Notes: a model not told the origin generated them from the sequence alone. Counted from the first letter of the stretch, positions 46,531-55,965 are shown. The stretch: DNA of 64,000 bases from Bacteroidales bacterium (GCA_049969475.1 JBMFOU010000014.1:8700-72699), one strand, 5' to 3'. Numbers and translations are program-made.

Positions 46531-46959
46531 TCAATTATCAGAGGTTCTGATTTTTCTTGCTACCCCATAACCCATCCATGCCATGGGTAGGTAGGCGATA
46601 GTTAAATCTACTACATCGAACCAGATTGGGGCGGGTATCATAGTTACATTTAAAACTCCACCCACAAGAAAGGTCAGTCCAACTATGAGAGATGGGAACA
46701 TACGGATGGGCCTGGCCATGGTTCTTGCTGTAATAAATGATCCTACAAAAGTTCCCAGGGCGTGCGCAAGAAAAGGCATTAAAAAGTGAATAGGTTTAAG
46801 CAATGGCGTGGCCTCTCTGAGCCCTTCAGTCGTTGTCATATCAACCCCAGTAGGAGGGGAAATAACTTGGGGACCAATCATAACTATCGCCATGTTAACT
46901 AAACTTCCAACGATAACCCCTGCAATTACTGATAACGTGTTTTTTAATGCTGGCTTCAT
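46531..46959 (-). CDS. hypothetical 4-TM membrane protein
   Basis: It is 142 aa with four hydrophobic helices. Its stop codon abuts the stop codon of the convergent upstream gene. Confidence 0.5.
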   Translation of the reverse strand: MKPALKNTLSVIAGVIVGSLVNMAIVMIGPQVISPPTGVDMTTTEGLREATPLLKPIHFLMPFLAHALGTFVGSFITARTMARPIRMFPSLIVGLTFLVGGVLNVTMIPAPIWFDVVDLTIAYLPMAWMGYGVARKIRTSDN

Positions 46960-47136
46960 GGTATGTTAAAAATTCGATCAGTGATTTATTGAGTTTTTGA
47001 GGTTATTTGAATGAGTTATTAATATTTTGGTATTGAATGAGATTGAATATTATCAATTGATTAATTAGTGAATAATTTCAGGAAATTGCCAAGTTTATTA
47101 ATCCATTATACCTCTCGGCAATCAAAAACTGGATAT

Positions 47137-47159
47137 AAAAAACGGAGAAAAAATCTCCG
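47137..47159 (-). terminator. candidate intrinsic terminator (minus-strand sense)
   Basis: Stem cggaga (47143-47148) pairs with tctccg (47154-47159) around a 5-nt loop. The minus strand continues TTTTTTATAT. It lies about 180 nt beyond the slyD stop. Confidence 0.5.
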
Positions 47160-47183
47160 CTTTCTGTCTAATTTTGTGTAATC

Positions 47184-47336
47184 ATGGACAACGACCAGAT
47201 TTCACGCATAGTAAAAATCATAGCTGCCTTTTTGATAATACTGGCTGTCGCTGTTGTGATTTATTTTATTATCAGCTTTATCTCCAGAGTTCCATCAGAA
47301 TGGGAACCCCGTACGCCAGATATTATCGGAGAATAG
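47184..47336 (+). CDS. possible small single-TM protein (50 aa), below the ORF-track cutoff
   Basis: The ATG is at 47184 and the TAG at 47334. The translation is MDNDQISRIVKIIAAFLIILAVAVVIYFIISFISRVPSEWEPRTPDIIGE, with one clear TM helix. I have no homology evidence. Confidence 0.3.
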   Translation: MDNDQISRIVKIIAAFLIILAVAVVIYFIISFISRVPSEWEPRTPDIIGE

Positions 47337-47337
47337 G

Positions 47338-47841
47338 TCAGTGGTGATGTCCGTGGGGGCCGTGCACATGGCCATGTGCCAGTTCATCGGCCGTGGCATT
47401 GCGTACATCGAGAATGGTTCCTGTAAAGAAAAGGGTTTTACCAGCCAGTGGATGATTGAAATCCATCTTTACAGTATCGTTGCCAATGCGCATAACGCGG
47501 CCTTCGTAGCGGTTGCCTTGCTGGTCCATCATGGGAATAATATTGCCTTCGAATAGCATTTGTTCGCCTTCAGGGCTTTGACGGAAAATGTTGATATCAA
47601 GATCCACGATCGATTCGGGGTCGAATTCGCCGTATCCTTGTTCGGGGGTTAGAGTAAATGAATAGGTCGAACCTTTTTCAAGGCCCATCAGATGTTCTTC
47701 AAATGCTGGCAACAGCTGACCGTTGCCGTAAATGAATTCAAGCGGATTTTCCTGATCTGCCACCTGGATGATTTCTCCTTCGGCATTGTCGGCCTTCAAA
47801 ATGTAGGTAAGGCTGACTACGGTGTCGTTTGCAATTTTCAT
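47338..47841 (-). CDS. slyD: FKBP-type peptidyl-prolyl cis-trans isomerase SlyD
   Basis: It has an FKBP core with an inserted flap (YGEFDPE, HPLAGKTLFF) and a His-rich tail HGHVHGPHGHHH. Confidence 0.85.
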   Translation of the reverse strand: MKIANDTVVSLTYILKADNAEGEIIQVADQENPLEFIYGNGQLLPAFEEHLMGLEKGSTYSFTLTPEQGYGEFDPESIVDLDINIFRQSPEGEQMLFEGNIIPMMDQQGNRYEGRVMRIGNDTVKMDFNHPLAGKTLFFTGTILDVRNATADELAHGHVHGPHGHHH

Positions 47842-47869
47842 GAGTAGATAAACAATTTAAAATGTGAAT

Positions 47870-47906
47870 AAAAAAACAGCAGGCAGCCGGTGCAAAACCC
47901 GCTGCC
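47870..47906 (-). terminator. intrinsic terminator downstream of sucC
   Basis: Stem ggcagc (47882-47887) pairs with gctgcc (47901-47906). The minus strand reads stem, then TGCTG, then TTTTTTT. Confidence 0.65.
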
Positions 47907-47944
47907 CTGAGATTTCTGGATACTGAAACTTAAATATCAAAAAA

Positions 47945-49138
47945 TTAATTATTTAAAACCTTAGTAACGAGTTCAGCTGCATCCTTGAGCTGGACGGCCG
48001 ACATTACCCGGAGCCCGCTTTGATTGATGAGCTCCGCTCCTTCTTCGGCATTGGTTCCTTGCAAACGCACGATGATGGGTACCTTAATCTCGCCAATGTT
48101 TTTATAAGCGTCTACAATTCCCTGGGCCACCCGGTCGCAGCGTACGATTCCACCAAAAATATTAACGAGAATGGCTTTTACGTTGGGGTCTTTCAGAATA
48201 ATGCGGAAGGCCTGTTCCACGCGCTTTGCATCGGCTGTGCCTCCTACATCGAGAAAGTTGGCGGGTGATCCGCCTGACATTTTAATCATATCCATGGTAG
48301 CCATGGCCAAGCCTGCTCCATTGACCATACACCCTACGTTTCCATCGAGCTTAACATAGTTGAGTTTGTAGTTGCCGGCTTCCACTTCTGTGGGATCTTC
48401 TTCGTCGAGGTCGCGCATCTCAACAATCTCCGGATGACGGAAAAGGGCATTGTTGTCGATTACTACCTTGCTATCGGCAGCGAAAATCTTACCATCGGCT
48501 GCCTTTATCACCGGGTTGATTTCGAAAAGCGAGGCATCGCTTGCCATGTAAGCTTTGTAAAGGGCATCTACAAATTTTACCATGTATTTGAATGAATCAC
48601 CCGATAGCCCCAGGTTAAACGCAATACGTCGGGCTTGAAAACCCTGTAAACCCACCCTGGGATCGATTTCTTCCGTAAATATTTGGTCTGGTGTTTCTTC
48701 TGCCACCGCCTCAATGTCCATTCCTCCGCGCGGCGAATACATAATCATATTGCGTCCCCGCTGGCGATTGAGCAGTACGCTCATATAAAACTCCAGCACA
48801 GGCTCAGGCCCCGGATAGTAAATGTTTTGCTCTATGAGAACTTTTTTAACCAGCTTTCCTTCCGGTGGAGTTTGCGGGGTACGAAGCATCATACCTATGA
48901 TTTGGCTTGCATAAAGCTCTACCTCTTCAAGGGTTTTGGCTATTTTGACACCTCCTCCCTTGCCACGGCCTCCTGCATGTATCTGGGCCTTAACTGCCCA
49001 TTTGTCTGTTCCGGTACGTTCTTTAAGCGTGCGAGCTGCTTCCACAGCCTCCTGAGCATTGTATGCCACTATACCTTCGGGTACAGATACTCCATATTTA
49101 CGAAGTATGGATTTACCCTGAAATTCGTGCAGATTCAT
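47945..49138 (-). CDS. sucC: succinate--CoA ligase (ADP-forming) beta subunit
   Basis: The N-terminus is MNLHEFQGKSILRKYGV and the protein has an ATP-grasp fold. The GNVGCMVNGAGLAMATMD and NIFGGIVRCD motifs are present. Confidence 0.92.
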   Translation of the reverse strand: MNLHEFQGKSILRKYGVSVPEGIVAYNAQEAVEAARTLKERTGTDKWAVKAQIHAGGRGKGGGVKIAKTLEEVELYASQIIGMMLRTPQTPPEGKLVKKVLIEQNIYYPGPEPVLEFYMSVLLNRQRGRNMIMYSPRGGMDIEAVAEETPDQIFTEEIDPRVGLQGFQARRIAFNLGLSGDSFKYMVKFVDALYKAYMASDASLFEINPVIKAADGKIFAADSKVVIDNNALFRHPEIVEMRDLDEEDPTEVEAGNYKLNYVKLDGNVGCMVNGAGLAMATMDMIKMSGGSPANFLDVGGTADAKRVEQAFRIILKDPNVKAILVNIFGGIVRCDRVAQGIVDAYKNIGEIKVPIIVRLQGTNAEEGAELINQSGLRVMSAVQLKDAAELVTKVLNN

Positions 49139-49167
49139 AGAATGAACGTAACTTTGTTTCGAATGGC

Positions 49168-49175
49168 CAAAGGTA
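49168..49175 (-). promoter_or_regulatory. candidate -7 box (TACCTTTG) for sucC
   Basis: The reverse complement of caaaggta matches TAnnTTTG. It lies 30-37 nt upstream of 49138. Confidence 0.4.
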
Positions 49176-49265
49176 GGAATTCTTTTGTTATACTAACCAC
49201 TCTGACCGCTCATTAGTTCACAGCGATAGGAGTTATATATCTAACTTTTTATTAGTTAGCTTGTT

Positions 49266-49760
49266 ATGAAAAAAACTTTCTTTATTTTTTGTCTTTCGTT
49301 GTTTGTTATAACATCCCGTGCCCAGAACCGAACAGAGTTAGGAGGAAATTTTGGGATTCAGTTCGGACGTCTTACCCTTATAGAAATTTCGCCACGGCTT
49401 GGTTATTGGTTTACCGACTACTTGGTAGGAGGCGTTGGCACCAGCCTCATATTTATGGACGATGACCGTGAAGGGGGATTTACAGGTTCCATTTACAGTG
49501 TTAGTATTTTTTCACGTCTTTATCCTGCTTACAATTACTACTTGCAGGGTGAATATGTAAAAGTGAACACCGCTCTACCTGCTGGTGGCGGGGTGGTTTA
49601 TAGAATTTGGTCAGAAGGGTTGCTTTTAGGTGTCGGCTATGTACAGCTTTTAGGTGGGAACTCATCTCTCAATGTTAGCTTACTTTGGGATGTTATTGGT
49701 CAGAAAAATTTTCCTTATAGCAATCCTATCATTAATGCAGGAATTGTCACCCGCTTTTAA
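49266..49760 (+). CDS. hypothetical small outer-membrane beta-barrel protein
   Basis: It has a signal peptide (FVITSRAQ), is 164 aa and G/Y-rich with alternating strands, and ends in F. Confidence 0.45.
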   Translation: MKKTFFIFCLSLFVITSRAQNRTELGGNFGIQFGRLTLIEISPRLGYWFTDYLVGGVGTSLIFMDDDREGGFTGSIYSVSIFSRLYPAYNYYLQGEYVKVNTALPAGGGVVYRIWSEGLLLGVGYVQLLGGNSSLNVSLLWDVIGQKNFPYSNPIINAGIVTRF

Positions 49761-49847
49761 TGCGTTCTTTTAGGAAATTACTTAAGCATTTCTTTAAATG
49801 ATCCTGTTCCCAGGTTTTGAGTATGGATGGCATTTCCCCAAAACCTC

Positions 49848-49882
49848 AAAATAAAAGAAACCGCCCCGGTTTCCCGAAGCGG
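49848..49882 (-). terminator. intrinsic terminator downstream of tRNA-Pro
   Basis: The minus strand reads CCGCTTCGG-GAAA-CCGGGGCGG (9-bp stem with two G-U pairs and a GNRA tetraloop, 49861-49882) followed by TTTCTTTTATTTT. Confidence 0.75.
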
Positions 49883-49886
49883 TCCG

Positions 49887-49960
49887 TCGGAGTGGTGAGA
49901 CTCGAACTCACGACCTCTTGCACCCCATGCAAGCACGCTAGCCAACTGCGCCACACCCCG
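49887..49960 (-). tRNA. tRNA-Pro (anticodon GGG)
   Basis: I hand-folded a cloverleaf from the reverse complement. The acceptor stem is CGGGGTG/CACTCCG, the D stem GCGC/GCGT, the anticodon stem CTTGC/GCAAG with loop ATGGGGT, and the T arm GTGAG-TTCGAGT-CTCAC. CCA is not encoded. Confidence 0.9.
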
Positions 49961-50079
49961 ATCCTTTAAAGAACGCTTTCTTTTCTTGCGAAAGCGGGTG
50001 CAAAGTTAAAAACTTTTTATCATTGCATGCAAGCCCATTTTAGAAAAAATTCCTACTTGTTCTCCGTTGTATCTCAACT

Positions 50080-52467
50080 TTACTGTTTTATGAATTTAGC
50101 TTTAAGAATAGTACCTCCTTGTTCCAAGGTAATCAAATAGCTACCTGAGGGTAATAGGTGCACATCAAGGCTTTGTTCAGTTTCTCCCCTGAAGTCGCTT
50201 AAATATTTGGTGAATAGCTCATTGCCTTGCAAGTCGAAAACGCTGAGACGTACAGGAGCAGCGCTCAAATTACCTGCACTTAGGGTGATGAGGCTCGAGG
50301 CAGGGTTAGGAGAGATGTCAAGATAGGGTTTAGCCACTGACAGCGGGGTAGTTCCTGTACATACCGTTATATTTAACCGCATGATGTCGTATACCGATGC
50401 CGGGCAGGGTGCGATGGGAAATCCTGTAAGTCTCAGATTAACGTATCCCTTGCTTTTGTCTTGATTACCCGGATAATACATGGTTTGAAGGGAGTTAATA
50501 TCGGAAAAAATGCCATCGCCGTTAGTGCTCCAGACAATGCTGTCGGCGTGAGCTGCCCATCCGTTTAGGTACGCTGGATCTCCTGCGCAAATAGTGGTGT
50601 CTTTTCCGGCATTCACAGAAGGTGAAGGACTTAAGGTTAAAGTGATGGAATCAGTTAATTCATCTACCATGTTGTAACCGTAAGCTGTCATCCAGAGATT
50701 CACCTGTCCATTCAACTTGTCCTGAGCCCCGGGAAAATAAATAGAGTTGGTGTCATTAGCTCTTATAAAGTATCCATCTCCGCTGGTTTGCCATTCTACT
50801 TTACGAAAAGCATGGGCACTGGCTGATACGTTGTTGTAAGGAATGACTGCGCACACCAATGTATCAGGGCCGGCCGAAGCACTCAGAACGGGATTAGCGC
50901 CCCAATGAATCTTCAGGATACGTGTTTTCCATGCATATTTCATATATTCGGTGGTTAACCAGAAGCTGGTATCGTCGGCAGGGTCCACCGACATCATGGC
51001 GTAATCGCCCCAACGGCTGTAGGAACCTTGCGAAGAAAGCCCCGTAATGGCTTCTGCCTCAGCATAGTTCATGACGCCCAGAGGGGCTGTGGCGCTGCGA
51101 CCTGTGTATCGTATCGAAGGATGATGGCTTTCATCACTTACCGAGTAACCTATGGCAATATCTCCTGCCCCGTTCATAGCAATACTGGGCATCCAGCGGT
51201 TTAAATTATCGGGAGCATAAGTGCCTTGTTGGTAAACTTCCCACGGGTTGTTACCTGTTTTGCGGAATTCGTACCACCTGACTCCTGCATGTCCCTGCCC
51301 ATCAGCATCTACCGAATGACAGGTCACCATGCTTTGATAGGTGCCGAAATTTCGATACTGCAGTCGGTACATGAGCCTATCAGACAAAGTTTCGAGTGCG
51401 GCACCTGAAGGTTGTGGAATACAGGCCCAACGGCTGGCATTGCAGAAAAAGGCATCGAAAGGAGCTACCGGTAGGGAAAATGCATGCTGAAAAGAGCTGT
51501 TCGACAAATTGTTCCAATCTACATGAAATTCCCAGAAGTGCATGGCATCCTGGTTTCCTCCCAGGCCATCATCTGTAAAATAGGCAAAATAACACGGAGT
51601 ACCAGGGGGAGGGGGAGTGCCGTCGAAATCGGAGGGAAGCATGCTCCATGGACCACTATTGGCAGGAAGATCAAATAAAACCATCCGGGCATTGGGATTA
51701 CCGGATATCATTGCTTCGCGTTCGAATGCGGCTGCAGCTACTCTCAAATAGCTGCCAAACATATTGAAAGAGGCATAGTAGGCATCAGGCCAAACGGCCA
51801 TTTTAGGATAATCGTTAAAAGCTGGAAACTGAAAGGCATACTGGTACCAGCTTCCCAAGGGATCGCCTGTTTCTGAAATGGCGATGAGTTCCCAGTAGGT
51901 ACCGTTGGAAGTGTTTACGGCAAACTGGCTGGCCATCCAGCGATCGGCCAGCTCATCATATAATACAATGGGATCTCCGTCGTTGGTGCCTGTCCATGGA
52001 CCAATAAATCCTGCCCAGAGCGTAGAATTATTTACAGGCCCGAAAAGTTTGTTGCCTTGTTTATCATAAATGGCAAACGAGAGGTTTATCATCTGGAAAT
52101 AATGATTGGGCCCAACATCTCCATCAGTATCCGGCGGATATACACTGTTTACGTTGCCAACCCCATCGAAATTAAGCACCGGCCCATTATTGGGAAGGGT
52201 TGCATTAACCGATTGCCTTACAGGGTCCATTGAAGGTGGAGTGAGCTGGTATTCCACTTTTTTACGGTCTTCGTATGCAAGGTTCTTCACCAATGAATCC
52301 TTCCACGTACGATCTCTCGGCCCTGCCAATACGGCTGCCATCTCCGATAAAGGGGGAGACTTTCGGAAATACGCTGCCTTTACCACCGTCATTTGCTGAG
52401 CCTGCAATCCAGTTGGGCCTACAAGCAAGAAAAGGGATGTGAGTAAGATAAGGAAATTGTTTTTCAT
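50080..52467 (-). CDS. T9SS-secreted protein of unknown function (large N-terminal beta-rich domain, two tandem roughly 85-aa repeats, T9SS sorting domain)
   Basis: It has a signal peptide. The C-terminus LDISPNPASSLITL...LSVFDLQGNELF...GSYLITLEQGGTILKAKFIKQ is a T9SS CTD. I chose the ATG at 52467 over the TTG at 52485. Confidence 0.65.
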   Translation of the reverse strand: MKNNFLILLTSLFLLVGPTGLQAQQMTVVKAAYFRKSPPLSEMAAVLAGPRDRTWKDSLVKNLAYEDRKKVEYQLTPPSMDPVRQSVNATLPNNGPVLNFDGVGNVNSVYPPDTDGDVGPNHYFQMINLSFAIYDKQGNKLFGPVNNSTLWAGFIGPWTGTNDGDPIVLYDELADRWMASQFAVNTSNGTYWELIAISETGDPLGSWYQYAFQFPAFNDYPKMAVWPDAYYASFNMFGSYLRVAAAAFEREAMISGNPNARMVLFDLPANSGPWSMLPSDFDGTPPPPGTPCYFAYFTDDGLGGNQDAMHFWEFHVDWNNLSNSSFQHAFSLPVAPFDAFFCNASRWACIPQPSGAALETLSDRLMYRLQYRNFGTYQSMVTCHSVDADGQGHAGVRWYEFRKTGNNPWEVYQQGTYAPDNLNRWMPSIAMNGAGDIAIGYSVSDESHHPSIRYTGRSATAPLGVMNYAEAEAITGLSSQGSYSRWGDYAMMSVDPADDTSFWLTTEYMKYAWKTRILKIHWGANPVLSASAGPDTLVCAVIPYNNVSASAHAFRKVEWQTSGDGYFIRANDTNSIYFPGAQDKLNGQVNLWMTAYGYNMVDELTDSITLTLSPSPSVNAGKDTTICAGDPAYLNGWAAHADSIVWSTNGDGIFSDINSLQTMYYPGNQDKSKGYVNLRLTGFPIAPCPASVYDIMRLNITVCTGTTPLSVAKPYLDISPNPASSLITLSAGNLSAAPVRLSVFDLQGNELFTKYLSDFRGETEQSLDVHLLPSGSYLITLEQGGTILKAKFIKQ

Positions 52468-52734
52468 TGGTTTGTAACTTATCAAAATTTGGGAGGCGCA
52501 AGTTAATATTTATTTGTTTTGATAAATATTTAATTGCTTATCAATGGTAATATTCATCAAATCAATTATCTGTATCGGCCTTTCGTAATTTCGAGGGTAA
52601 GAAAGGACACCCAATGAAGTGATGTTATTGACATTTTGACATATAATAATTTGTAAAACCTGTTTAGAAACATTGATTTATATATTGATTAACAATTTGT
52701 TAAAAAAATTATGTCGCTTCGCACCTCTATGTGC

Positions 52735-52742
52735 TATTTTTG
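52735..52742 (+). promoter_or_regulatory. candidate -7 box (TATTTTTG) for trxB
   Basis: It matches TAnnTTTG and lies about 100 nt upstream of the ATG at 52843. Confidence 0.35.
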
Positions 52743-52842
52743 CCAGTGGCAGAAACTTGTTTTTGGGTACGGTTTTTGCCATGCGCAAGCATCAAAAATA
52801 TAAAAGCAAATTTGAATCTAATAGCATCTAATAACATACGAA

Positions 52843-53793
52843 ATGGAAAACAATGTTGAAAAGACCCGTTGCCTTATTATAGGCTCAGGACCTGCTGGTT
52901 ACACTGCAGCTATTTATGCCAGCCGCGCTGACCTCAAGCCCATACTTTATCAGGGTATGCAACCTGGCGGTCAGCTGACGATTACTACGGAAGTTGAAAA
53001 TTTCCCTGGATATCCTAAGGGAATTACCGGCCCTGAAATGATGGAAGAGTTCAAGGCTCAGGCCGAGCGATTTGGTACTGACGTTCGTTGGGGTACCATC
53101 GAAGAGGTTGATTTTTCCCAGAGGCCCTTTATATGCAAAGCTGACGATGGCAAAGTCATTGAGGCTGAAACGGTTATTGTAGCTACAGGAGCTTCCGCCA
53201 AATGGTTGGGTATCCCCAGCGAGCAAGAATACATGGGGGCAGGCGTGTCAGGTTGCGCTACCTGCGACGGGTATTTTTATCGGGGTAAGGTAGTGGCCAT
53301 CGTTGGAGGTGGCGATACCGCCTGCGAAGAAGCTACTTATCTGGCTAAATTGGCTACGAAAGTCTATATGATTCATCGCCGCAACGAATTCCGCGCTTCT
53401 AAGGCCATGCAACACAAAGTTTTCAATACACCCAATATTCAAGTAATCTGGGATACTGTGGTGGAGGAAGTAGTGGGTGAGAGCCACGGTTTTATGAAAT
53501 CGGTGAACGGAATCATTATTAAGAACGTGAAAACCGGGGAAACCCAAAAGCTCGATATCGACGGCCTTTTCATTGCTATAGGTCATAAGCCCAACAGTGA
53601 AATATTCCGTGGACAATTGGATATGGATGAAGCTGGTTATATCAAAACCATACCAGGCAGCACACGAACCAGTGTGGAGGGTGTATTTGCTGCCGGCGAC
53701 GTTCAAGACCACTACTATCGTCAGGCAATAACGGCTGCAGGTACCGGTGCCATGGCTGCCATCGAAGCCGAACGCTTCCTGTCGAGCTTCTAA
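52843..53793 (+). CDS. trxB: thioredoxin-disulfide reductase
   Basis: It has the FAD motif IIGSGPAGYTAA, the redox-active CATCDG, and the NADPH motif GGGDTACEEA. Confidence 0.92.
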   Translation: MENNVEKTRCLIIGSGPAGYTAAIYASRADLKPILYQGMQPGGQLTITTEVENFPGYPKGITGPEMMEEFKAQAERFGTDVRWGTIEEVDFSQRPFICKADDGKVIEAETVIVATGASAKWLGIPSEQEYMGAGVSGCATCDGYFYRGKVVAIVGGGDTACEEATYLAKLATKVYMIHRRNEFRASKAMQHKVFNTPNIQVIWDTVVEEVVGESHGFMKSVNGIIIKNVKTGETQKLDIDGLFIAIGHKPNSEIFRGQLDMDEAGYIKTIPGSTRTSVEGVFAAGDVQDHYYRQAITAAGTGAMAAIEAERFLSSF

Positions 53794-53843
53794 AATCTTC
53801 TAGATAAATTATATTCGCATATATTGGGTGTCAATCAATCAAA

Positions 53844-53878
53844 AAACCCTCTGCCTTCCTTTTCCAGGTAGAGGGTTT
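53844..53878. terminator. bidirectional intrinsic terminator between trxB and the convergent receptor gene
   Basis: A 9-bp stem forms between aaaccctct (53844-53852) and agagggttt (53870-53878). An A-run lies before it and gtttgtt after it. Confidence 0.7.
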
Positions 53879-53979
53879 GTTTGTTCATGTCTGCAAGCAA
53901 CAGCTCATGCCTTACAGAATACTAAATACAATTCCTTCGTTATTCAGTTGATGCCTTGACGAACGTCTCGATTGTTTTT

Positions 53980-55965
53980 TTAGATAGGATGGTTTACTAT
54001 GAGGGAAATAAAAAAGTTTCGTCCTTCCTCAGGATAACCTTCGGTTCTAAAATAACTTTTGTCGAGAAGATTATTAATACCACCCTGAAGTGTAAAATGG
54101 CGTGAAATGGAAAAACTAAGCCAGGTATTCAGGATTAGAAAGCCCGGAGATGTGCTTCCATAGCTGGTGCTGTTACTCTCAGAGTTGTATTCGGAATTGA
54201 GAACCCATAGGCTTTCCTGGAAGGGTTTCAACTTGAGTTCTGCAAAAACTTTATGTTTAGGTGCGTTAACGAATTTTAACTCAGGATGACTGAGATTTTT
54301 TTGGTGTAGCCAGGAATAACCAGCACTAAGTTGTAAATCCTCTAAAGGCTGATAATCCAACATGAGGTCGACACCTAGTATATGAGATACTCCGGTGTTT
54401 TGCACCTGCGAAATTCCTGGTTCGACATTGTCAACTATCTGTATGGTTTTCGACCGCCTGGCATGAAATACTGAGCCTGAAAGGGAAAGTTTTTTTAGTA
54501 TTTGCATATCCGTATGCATTTCATAGTGTTGAGATTGCTCGGGATCCAGGAAAGGGTTTGGTTTTGCTTTTCCTAACCTGTAGCTGTAGCGGTCTTTCAT
54601 TGTGGGGAAACGAGTTTTGTGGGCAGCGCTCAGCCTTACATCGCAAAAACTCAGCAAGCGGTAGTTGAAGATCAATTGACCGTTGAAAGCTTCATGGTTA
54701 TTTTGTGGGAAAACACTTATTAAGCCAGTTTTCGAATTATAGTCTTCTGCCTTTACACTTTCCATCCGATTGTAACTTAGGGATGGAATTATACTTGCAC
54801 GCCTGCCCAACCAATACTCATCTTCAAGTGCTATCGAATAGATGTTGTCAGAAGCGTGCCTTACTGGCTCCCCTTCATTGTTTTCTCGATGATTATCACG
54901 TTTGAAAAGGACGGCCATTCTGAGATGATTCGCTGGGTTAATACTCCAATTGGCCTCTGCTGATCCTCCGTAGGTGTCATCATTGTAATAACTTGTAAAA
55001 GCATATTTTGCACTCTGGGATGAATATGTATCATCATCGTAGCTGTTAAGTTGGTTATCAAATTTATCATAGTACAGCCTGGTTTTTAGAAAAACTTTAC
55101 CAGGGAGTTGGGTCCCAGACAAAAAGTAAAGGTTTTGTTTATCCCATTTGGGCCACTGCCAGTACCTGACAGGAATTTTAGGATCTTTGCCCAAATACAC
55201 CGGATTACCTTTTGAGCTATGTTGGTATGAATAACTCAGGCTATATTCGTCGGTGGTGCGAGGCGTAAAACCAATGCGAAGCCCGGTTCTGAAATCTTGC
55301 ATGAAAGAATTGGAGCGGTGAAAATCTTTTTCACCGGTTCCAGTGGTATCGAAGTGGTGGGAAAGGGGAAAATAGTCGCGGTGGGTGTTTATTATATGAC
55401 CAGAAACCCAATATTTTTCTGCTTTATGGCCGATTCGGGCTGATAATGAATAACCTTCTCCACTCATTAAGCTGCTTTTCACCAGAGCTTCGGTTTCTTT
55501 TACTGGCTTGTAGCTTACCAGGTTGATGGCACCTCCTTGTGTATTGGGGCCATAGAGTAAAGAGGCATTTCCGGCCGAAACATCGATTTTTGAAAGGTCG
55601 GCGAGATTCAATCTGGCCAAATCGAAGTTGCCATCGTAAGGAATATAAACCGGAATTCCATCTATAAAAACCGGAACACTGCGAATGTCATTTCCCCTCA
55701 GATTTAATCCTGCTTCATTACGTGCTCCTGAAAAGGTATTTACAATAAAAGGTAAGGAATGTAGGGTCTGGTTGACTTTTTGCCAGGGTACCTGTTGAGG
55801 TTTCGAAAGGTTTATTTCATGCTTCCCACTCCGTGCTGTAATTTCTACCTCACCCAGGTTGTAAGTTCTGGGAGCCCATGTCAAGGTGTCATTTATCAGT
55901 TGTGCTTTTACATGAAGGCTAAGGGCAATGAACAAGATAAGGCCGAAGAATAAATTTTTTGACAT
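53980..55965 (-). CDS. TonB-dependent receptor (661 aa, plug plus 22-strand-size barrel)
   Basis: It has a signal peptide and plug motifs (GLNLRGNDIRSVPVFIDGIPVY, LLYGPNTQGGAINLVS). The barrel is long and Y/S/N-rich. Confidence 0.85.
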   Translation of the reverse strand: MSKNLFFGLILFIALSLHVKAQLINDTLTWAPRTYNLGEVEITARSGKHEINLSKPQQVPWQKVNQTLHSLPFIVNTFSGARNEAGLNLRGNDIRSVPVFIDGIPVYIPYDGNFDLARLNLADLSKIDVSAGNASLLYGPNTQGGAINLVSYKPVKETEALVKSSLMSGEGYSLSARIGHKAEKYWVSGHIINTHRDYFPLSHHFDTTGTGEKDFHRSNSFMQDFRTGLRIGFTPRTTDEYSLSYSYQHSSKGNPVYLGKDPKIPVRYWQWPKWDKQNLYFLSGTQLPGKVFLKTRLYYDKFDNQLNSYDDDTYSSQSAKYAFTSYYNDDTYGGSAEANWSINPANHLRMAVLFKRDNHRENNEGEPVRHASDNIYSIALEDEYWLGRRASIIPSLSYNRMESVKAEDYNSKTGLISVFPQNNHEAFNGQLIFNYRLLSFCDVRLSAAHKTRFPTMKDRYSYRLGKAKPNPFLDPEQSQHYEMHTDMQILKKLSLSGSVFHARRSKTIQIVDNVEPGISQVQNTGVSHILGVDLMLDYQPLEDLQLSAGYSWLHQKNLSHPELKFVNAPKHKVFAELKLKPFQESLWVLNSEYNSESNSTSYGSTSPGFLILNTWLSFSISRHFTLQGGINNLLDKSYFRTEGYPEEGRNFFISLIVNHPI

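Noticed and set aside
46528-46533. The convergent genes 43306-46530 and 46531-46959 have directly abutting stop codons with no room for a terminator. Genes ending at 15443 and starting their stop at 15448 show a similar 4-nt gap.
   Set aside because: This is a real observation, but compact convergent gene ends are common. No functional inference is justified from it.
47007-47060. A direct repeat TTGAATGAG (47007 and 47033), plus the TCAATTGA palindrome, in the AT-rich divergent region.
   Set aside because: These are short motifs in very AT-rich DNA with no linked regulator gene. They are likely promoter-region noise. I recorded them only for completeness.
47945-49138. sucC is present without an adjacent sucD.
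   Set aside because: A terminator follows sucC directly, and split sucC/sucD arrangements are plausible in this phylum. The alpha subunit is probably encoded elsewhere. This is not evidence of anything unusual within the window.
49974-50008. A hairpin CGCTTTC/GAAAGCG between the T9SS cargo gene and tRNA-Pro, together with a TAACTTTG box (50001-50008, minus strand).
   Set aside because: The order is ambiguous. The putative promoter would lie upstream of a terminator-like hairpin and then the tRNA. I cannot decide between a terminator for the upstream gene and a tRNA leader structure, so I did not call it as a feature.
52711-52803. A 30-codon mini-ORF (MSLRTSMCYFCQWQKLVFGYGFCHAQASKI) with CxxC and CH motifs, just upstream of trxB. 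It is tempting to read it as a redox leader peptide.
   Set aside because: The best TAnnTTTG promoter box for trxB (52735-52742) lies inside it, so it would not be on the trxB mRNA. It is very short and I have no conservation evidence. It would be worth a tblastn check only.
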